DNA of 64,000 nt from the human T2T-CHM13v2.0 reference genome, Homo sapiens. A program made the position numbers and the translations under genes. This document shows, one piece after another, positions 55,360 through 64,000 of the stretch. The DNA lies in NCBI RefSeq assembly GCF_009914755.1, contig NC_060935.1; one strand, written 5' to 3'. Numbering within the stretch: position 1 is the first letter of the stretch; each line of letters starts with the position of its first letter. The notes below the pieces were generated by a model, which worked only from the letters and a program-made list of their open reading frames with translations, was not told the DNA's origin and did no database searches.

Positions 55360-55468
55360 GCATCCCTGGTAACCTGAAGATGTTACCATGGCAATCCCTG
55401 AGTAATACATCTCGATTATTTATGGCCTTGCAAATAGGGTGGGGAACCATTCCAGGCCCCATGGAAAC
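55360..55468. promoter_or_regulatory. RFX X-box cluster
   Basis: GCATCCCTGGTAAC at 55360, GTTACCATGGCAAT at 55382, GGCCCCATGGAAAC at 55455. Confidence 0.5.
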
Positions 55469-55789
55469 AGCAGGGAGGTAGAAGCCTCATTTCCTTCGCT
55501 CACTGTTTCCAGGCAGCCCCAGAGGAAGGGGAGAAGGGAGCTGCCAGTTTGGTTGGGTAGAAATAGTTCAAAGCCTTTTAGCACGGAGAATCTCACCTCA
55601 TCATTCCCCTTTTGTGTCCCTTAGAGTTTCCCTGTTCCCTACCCCTCCTATTCCGGGTCCCCACAGGTCACCCTCTATTCTCTAGGGCATAGGTCAGGGT
55701 TGGGTGGGTGGAGGGGTCAGGGCTATCTAAGGACTTGGGCCCCCAGTTCTCTGCTGAGCTGGTCTAAAATCCCATTCACACCACATGCT

Positions 55790-55985
55790 GCATCGATGAC
55801 CTCAGGCACATGACTTGGCCTTCCAAAGGCTTTGTTTCTTCAAGTGCCAAATGAGGATAAGAACAGGTCTTATTTCACAGACTGATTACGAGCGTTAAAT
55901 GAAATATGCATGTAAAGCTCTTTGTACAGCACCTGGCACATAGTAAGTGCTCAATTAATCAGAGTTGTTCCATAATAATTACATT
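55790..55985 (+). mobile_element. MIR
   Basis: 'catgtaaagctctttgtacagcacctggcacatagtaagtgctcaat'. Confidence 0.8.
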
Positions 55986-56258
55986 ATCAACCATCCTAAC
56001 ACATCCTTGTTTGTGGATGCAAGTCAGGATTGTTGAGGGAGGGGCAGGAAAACAGAACCGGGGCTGGACAAGGTGTGTACAAGAGTGAGGGGGTAGGTTT
56101 CCAGTTTCCTTCTCTTGTCCTGTGCTCCTGAGAACAGCATGAGCCTCTGTGGTGAAGTTAACCCTGGGTCCCTGCAGTCCCACTCTTCTCTGGCGTGCCA
56201 CCACCCTGCACCTAAATGGCCAGATCTCCATCCCCACAAAGTCTGCCCTGATTAGCCC

Positions 56259-56673
56259 TGTACTGGGTTGAAAGTCTCCTAAAATTTATATCTACCTTGT
56301 GAATATGACCTTGCTCGGAAATAGGATGTTTACAGATACACATCAAGTTAAAATGAGGTCACACTGGGCTACGTAGACCCACTCCAATCCAATGACTGGT
56401 ATCCTTGTAACAAGAGGGAAATCTGGACACAGACACACACTAGGAGAATGCTACCTGATGATGGAGGCAGAGATGGAGTGATCCTGCCACAGCCAAGGCA
56501 ACAAGATGGCAGCAATCACCAGAAGCCGGGACAGGCATACCCCCAAGGGGAACCATCCCCACCGAAGCCCAGATCTCCGTTTTCTGCTCTCCAGAATGGT
56601 GAGTGAATAGATTTCTGTTTTAAGCCTCCCAGTTTATGGTAATTTGTTACAGCAGCCCCATGAAACGAACACG
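56259..56673 (+). mobile_element. MLT1B/C-like solo LTR
   Basis: TSD AGCCC at 56254-56258 and 56674-56678; typical MLT1 body. Confidence 0.88.
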
Positions 56674-57408
56674 AGCCCTCAGACATTGATTGTTGGTAAT
56701 GTGTGTCTCCTCAGGTCTCAGAAACAGCCTCTGCCTCACATCAACTGGCATGACCAGGTCCCAGCTTCCTCGCTGAACTCACTGGCTGTGTGCCTTTTAG
56801 TGAGTTGCTTACCTTCTTTGAGCCACATCTGTCAAATGGGAACATTGATGCCTGTTCAGTCTGCTTCATGGACTTGCAGACTTGCAGAGAAATTTGCATT
56901 TCATCCTGTCTATGTAATACCTTATCATCTTTACAGCAGACTACACATGTAGCCAATGGTGCTTATTTTCATTATGATGACACAGAAAAAGGACTTGTGC
57001 TTGTCATTTCCCTTGTGCCTGGAGATCTGGACCCCCACCCACAGTTAAGAGCAGGTGGAGGACTTCTCCCACCCAAACTGGGCCCCTGGCTCACAGCCTC
57101 TGGCCTCCCCTGTCCTGTTGGCATCCCTCATAGGGCCCTTCCACCCACACCCCTAGGCAACTGTTGCCCAGTGCATAGATGCTTGTGGTGGTCATTTACC
57201 TGGGAACACCAGGTGAGAACCATCTAATGAAACCCCTGGAATTCTGGCTAACTGGGGAGGCTCAGAGGATGAAAAGGGGAGGAACCCAGGGCCATAGCCT
57301 GAAAGGTCTGCATGAAGCCCATGGAGACCTCGGCCCAGCCACCAAGGTATTTCTGCTCTCCTGCCTCAATGATGCTGATGCTCACCTGGAGGCCCAGGGT
57401 GCCTCCTT

Positions 57409-57464
57409 CCTTCCTGCATGGCATGAGGCTCTCCTCCCTTCCTGCATGGCATGAGGCTCTCCTC
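57409..57464. repeat. Perfect 28-bp tandem duplication
   Basis: CCTTCCTGCATGGCATGAGGCTCTCCTC x2. Confidence 0.95.
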
Positions 57465-58129
57465 CCCTCAGCTGTTGCTTCCTGTGGCTCAGCTTGACTT
57501 CTGTGCATCTGGGAGGCCGCCTGTCTTCACTGCCTGAGCTGGCCTGTCCACTGTCCTAGCCACAGTCCTGCCTGGACCATCCTCCCGGCTTCTTCAAGCT
57601 CATATGGTTCTCTCCAAGGTGCAGGAGGACTCTTTCCCACCAGGGGCACGTTCTGTTGTGGAGCCACCAGAAGGCACACCCCACCCACAGAGAGACTCCT
57701 GTCATTTTCCACAACCACTTCTGGCTCAGAATATGATACTAGCTCCCTGTGGCGGATGGGAAAGAATGGAAGAAGGGTGATCATGTGCATTGGCAAGCTA
57801 CAAGATTGACCCCTAACAAGGGACCCCTCCCTGCCAGCCCTAAGCAGTGCCCCATGTTGGTGCTGCCTGGAACCCTGATCCTCAAGCAGGGCTCATCTTT
57901 CAGACACAATGCTACTGCAGGGTCTCAGTCAGTCACACTGTTCCTCCCACAAAGCCTCAATGCCTCCAGCCTCGGCTCCTTCCCACCTTGGGGTCCCCTA
58001 CCTTGCACAATCCGCCATCCATTCTCCCCACCTGACTTCTCCTACACTAAGGTCTCAGCTCCAGGCAATCTTCCCTAGACCACCTACAGGCTATAGTCCT
58101 CCAGCCTGCATGCCCCCAGAATCTGCACC

Positions 58130-58302
58130 TCTCTAGAAAGCTTCATTGCACTTAACTATAACTGCTTAATGCAGCTTCCTCCTAGACTGTGAGCTCCATG
58201 AGAACAGAGGCCTTGTCTCCCTTGTTTGCACTAAATCCCAGTACCTAACAATGCCTGGCACATCCTAGGTGTTAAACAAATATATTTTGAGTGAATGAAT
58301 GA
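58130..58302 (+). mobile_element. L2 3' end
   Basis: 'ctagactgtgagctccatgagaacagagg...tgcctggcacatc...gagtgaatgaatga'. Confidence 0.8.
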
Positions 58303-58497
58303 CACTTAATGGCTCACTGTGCTAGACTCATGGTATGAGAAACAACTCAGACTATATCTAGTCAGGATGTAAGGAACAACCCTCCTCTCTTACTTATGTT
58401 CATGTCTCTGTACATCTAGGATGAGGTGAGATTAGAAAGCTCGATATTCTAGACTAAGACTGAACTACACTATTAGAAGAGAGAATGATGTCCATGG

Positions 58498-58498
<1 letters not shown>

Positions 58499-58533
<35 letters not shown>
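58499..58533. repeat. (TG)17 microsatellite
   Basis: Read directly from the sequence. Confidence 0.95.
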
Positions 58534-58537
<4 letters not shown>

Positions 58538-58755
58538 ATAAGGGCATGCGTGCATGTGTGTGTGTATGTGCCTGTGTGCATGGGAGGAGGGCTGGGGGGT
58601 AGTATCGCACTATCTACTCTGCTTCTGGCAGTGGTGGTGGTTTGGGGGAAGGGGTATTAAGCAGCCATCTCTTTGAGGAGTAATAGTAGCTGGGCAGGTC
58701 ACAGGGACGCAGAGGCCTGAGCAGAGCAGATAACGAGGGTCCAGTTGATCTAGAC

Positions 58756-59998
<1,243 letters not shown>

Positions 59999-60229
59999 TG
60001 TCATCACTGCTCTTGCAGTTACATGAGAACTAGAGGTAGCGGACCCTCAGCCCACAGGTGGGATCTCACTCGGGGTGTAGGAAGTCTCTGAGAGCCTGAA
60101 AGATTTGAAAAGAAAAGAGGATGAGCACTTAGCTGACTTGCTCCCCAGTGATAAGAAAGGAGATTGTGTCTGCCAAGTAAAGCCAGAAATTAAGGATGAA
60201 TTCCAAGCCAGGAGACTGGATGTTAGATT

Positions 60230-60790
60230 TAGTGTGTTCATTTTTTATTGCTGCATAACAAATTGCCACACATTTAGAGGCTTAAAACAACACCCATTTT
60301 TAATCTCACAGTTCATGAGTCAGAGCTGGGGCATGTTCCAGTGAATTCTCTGCTTAGGGTCTCAGAGGGTGAAATCCAGGTGTCAGCCAGGCTGAGCCCT
60401 TCCCTGGAGGCCCTGGGGAAGAGTCCCCCTCCAGGGTCATTCAGAACTCAGCTCCTGTGCTTGTAGGACTGAGATCTCAATTCCCTTGCTGCTGTCAGTG
60501 GAGGCTGCCCTCACCCCATGTCAAGGGGTTCCCTCCATCTGCGGGCCAGCAAGGGCTCATCAGTTCTGCTCATGCCTCTCTCTCACGTCCCCTCCAGCCA
60601 CCAGCAGGAGAAAACTCCGCTTTGATTCAGCTCATGTAATTAGATGAGGCCCATCCCAATGATTTTTCTGTCTTAAGGTCATCTGTGCCATAACATATTC
60701 ATAAGTGAAATCACATTCATGGGTTCCATCCCTACTCAAAGGCAAAAGGATTTTACCAGGGTGAGTGTTGTTGGGGGGAGGGTTGTTGCC
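60230..60790 (-). mobile_element. MLT1 (E/F-like) LTR
   Basis: 'ttattgctgcataacaaattgccacacatttagaggcttaaaacaacacccatttt'. Confidence 0.8.
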
Positions 60791-60793
60791 ATC

Positions 60794-61206
60794 TATAATG
60801 AAATAATTACACAACTCACCATGAAGTAGAATCAGTGGGAGTCCTGAGCTTGTTTTCCTGCAACTAGACGGTCCCATCTCAGGGTGATGGGAGACAGTGA
60901 CAGATCATCAGGCATTAGATTCTCATAAGGAGCTCGCAACCTAGATCCCTGGCATGCGCAGTTCACAATAGGGTTTGTGCTCCTACGATGATCTAATGCC
61001 TCTGATGCCACAGCTGATCTGACAGAAGGCGGGGCTCAGGCAGTAACATGACTAATAAGGAGTGGCTGTCAATACAGATGAAGCTTTCTCTTATTCTCTT
61101 GCTCACCCGCCACTCCCCTCCTGGTGTGCTCAGCTCCTGCTGTGCAGCCCGGGTTTCTTACAGGCCACTATTGGTTGGTCTGTGGCCCAGGGGTTGGGGA
61201 GCCCTG
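60794..61206 (-). mobile_element. MER1A, truncated at one end
   Basis: Reverse complement of the 5078 copy body; TIR 'gttggggagccctg' at the right end. Confidence 0.88.
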
Positions 61207-63489
61207 ACCTATGGATTTGTTCAGATGCAGGCTTTTGGGTCTCACCCACAGAGAAGTGATTGGAGCTCTGAGCTCAGGCTCTGTGTTATTAGCAAGCCCA
61301 TAGGGAATTCTGTGTGTGGCCAGCTCAGGAGTCCTGGCCCTTCCAGATCTAACTTCGATCTTTCTAAAAACCCCTGAGCCACAGGTGAGCCTGACCACTC
61401 CCAGCCCTTTATCAATGAGGCCCAGCTGGATACAAACACCTCTTGAGGGAGAGGCGGAGGGCATTCTGCCACCAGGCTCTCTGGAGCATTTTAAGTCATT
61501 TCCAATGTCTGTTCTGTCTCAGCAACAAGATTGCCTGAGTGTAATGGCATCCTCCTTGTTCTCTGGGATAAAGGAAAGTGGTCTTACTGTCATGCACTCT
61601 TGTTGGGAAGGGGAAGGGGGCCATACCACCGAGCCACCCACCGGGACCTGGCCCGTTTCCATCCCTGGGGTTTGCTAGGAAGTCGCTTCCAGCCAAATCG
61701 CTCTGAGGACTCAGATTGTCTCGTTTGCCTGGTTGTTATGGAGAGATTCGACACACAGGCAATCAAACCCCTTAGCTCACCTGCGAGAGGAAGAGAGTGA
61801 GCGACAAGTGTAATAGTGGGGAGAGAACAGATATTCCCTGTCACTCCGCTTGCATTATCCCCCATAATGAGCTCTGCCCGACAGCTGCTCTCAGGGCTCA
61901 GACTGTTGCAGGGAGCCCAGAGGAGGCTGCTTGGGGTTTCAGTCCTCTACCCACTGCAAGTCTGAGGCTGCACCGGTGTCTCCTCCCCCAATCACCAGCT
62001 TGATGAACAGGCAGGAAACAAAACCACCCACAAGGTAGGAGGCCAACCTCGCTGTGGAAATGGACAGAGCCACAGAGCCTTGTGTCTCACACCTGCTGGT
62101 CTCACACATGTAGAAACTGGGGCACCCTGGTCCGTCAGCCAGGAGCTGTAAAGGATTGGCTCCTGCATGTGAGACACGTGTGTGTGTGCACGTATACATG
62201 TGCACATGAGAGAGAGAGTCTATAGAACTTTGATCTCCATGAGCTTGTGGTCAGATAAAAGCCTGCTAATCATATGATGCCTGATGAACAACACACTGTA
62301 TTTTAGGAAGTGTGCCTTAAAGTGCCAAATTGTCAGGGAGGACTAAGACCTCAGTGGAGGCTTCAGGGAGGAGAGGAGTTACACTGGACTTTGGAGGAGA
62401 GATAGGACTTGGCCAGCAGGTGTTAGGTGATATCAGGAGGTGCAGAAGAGCATCTGAACAGTTGGTACCTGCTCCAGTTGTCAGGAGGGCCAGCAGGAGT
62501 CAACCATATCATCTCTTTTAACTGACTTCTGCTCCATTTAGAAGAGGCAAGACAAGAGGAGCAGTCAGATGGGGAACAAGGTTTCTAAATTCTTGGAGAC
62601 TTTCTACAAGCTTTGGGGTAGAGTCAGGAGCTGTGGGTTCCAGTCCCAGCTGTGTGGCCTTGAGCAAGCCCCTTAACCTCATCTGCAGCAGCTCCTGGTA
62701 CACAGAGGGGTCTCAGCCAGAGCCATTTTGTATGGCTCTGGGCATAAGGCTTCTCTTTGAACTCAGGAGACAGCAGTTGCAACAGTGCAGTTCAGGCCTG
62801 TCTACAGTCTTGTCTTCCATGGCACTGGCTTCTAGCCCAGCCAGGGATGAGGAATGGGGGTGGAGGGAGCTTCCCTCTCACATTAATACAATGTTGATTC
62901 TCCCAGCAGCTCCTACAGTGCTTTGGAGTTCCCTGGAAGAGAAGATCTCTCCCCAGCTCCCACACAAGGATTTCCCCAGCAGACCTCCATAGGAGCCCCA
63001 CAGTTTGCAAAATAAAACAAAACTATCAATTCTTTAATTGTTTGCTTTTTTCTCCCTGGGGCATAATGAACCCATTCTCAGTTAACACATACTGCCTGCT
63101 CTCCTTCTCTCTGTCTCTCTCCCTCTCTCTCTGTTGCTGCAAGCAGCTATAGTCTCAGGCGTCTAAGGGAAAGCTCTAGAGAGCCCAAGGCCTGGGAAGG
63201 GTCCTGGAGGCGCAGGGGAAGGCTGACCCCTCCTGGCAACAGCTGGACATCTGCCACCGTGAGGTACCCATTGGCTCTTCTCCCTCCCACAGCCAATGGG
63301 TGGGCTCCTTGGACAAGGCTGGACCCAGTGAGGCCCAGTCCATGAGGACCAGGCCTGCCCAGCTAGACCAGCTGCAGGATGCAGGCGGGGAGGGAGATGG
63401 GGAGAGACAACCTGGGGAAAACAAGAAGCAGGGGCTTGGAAGAAATCTCAGTGGTTGCTGAACATTAAATGAGTTAGTGTTCAAATGAG

Positions 63490-63508
63490 ATGCAAATGAC
63501 ATGCAAAT
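63490..63508 (+). promoter_or_regulatory. Tandem POU octamer motifs
   Basis: ATGCAAAT at 63490-63497 and 63501-63508. Confidence 0.55.
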
Positions 63509-64000
63509 GAGCCTCTTGGACTTTTGAAAAGGGGCACCCAGCGTTTTGACTAAGAGAATAGCAGTTAATCTCAGCTGCCAGGGACATCAGAGTGACCTCT
63601 CCTCAGAGACACTCCGCTGCATTGAGGAGCTGCCCAAGCTACTCAAAACCAGGTCCCTGACCCACTAGGGCCACATGGGCACCTGGCACCACCGGCCCCC
63701 AGAGACTCCTCTTTCCTTGTTCTACACAAGCCAGTTGGGTAAGGGGCAAAGGCGCACCGAGACTGGTAATTCACAGCACCATAGAAGTCTAGTGAAGGGG
63801 GGACCCTGGTATCATCGTCTTTCCCATTTCACCGTAGAGGATCTGGCCAAGGACACACAGCAGTTTTGTGCCAGAACCAGGCCTAGACCTCAGGGATCTG
63901 AGACTCACCCACTGCCCTCTCCAGCTCAATGTCTGCCCCTGATCTCCCTTGCTGTCCTTTAGTGAAGGCAGAATTTCCCTCTGAGGCCACCCAGGAGGTG

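Overview
This window is non-coding primate, most likely human, genomic DNA from an intergenic or deep-intronic region. I find no credible protein-coding exon, structural RNA gene, CpG island or CRISPR array. The listed ORFs are short chance ORFs or translations of repeats; the only recognisable protein remnant is a MaLR internal ORF fragment at 29859-30110. A large share of the window is interspersed repeat: about 25 Alu copies or fragments (many with readable target-site duplications, TSDs), MIR, L2, a nested L1M block at 32.2-36.8 kb, MaLR/ERVL/ERV1 LTRs and DNA transposons (MER1A, MER53, MER5, Charlie-like, MARNA-like). Between the repeats lie several repeat-free blocks rich in homeobox motifs that look like distal developmental enhancers, along with a near-perfect REST RE1 silencer (19691-19711), RFX X-boxes and a tandem POU octamer pair. 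Structural oddities include a perfect 25-bp direct repeat 1.2 kb apart, perfect 50-bp and 28-bp tandem duplications, an ~800-bp composite insertion inside the L1, and a cryptic GATAGTAG-type repeat. I do not see a convincing new biological system; the best candidate is an uncharacterised neural or developmental cis-regulatory landscape. Repeat subfamily names come from recalled consensus sequences and need RepeatMasker/Dfam confirmation. Boundaries without TSDs are approximate.
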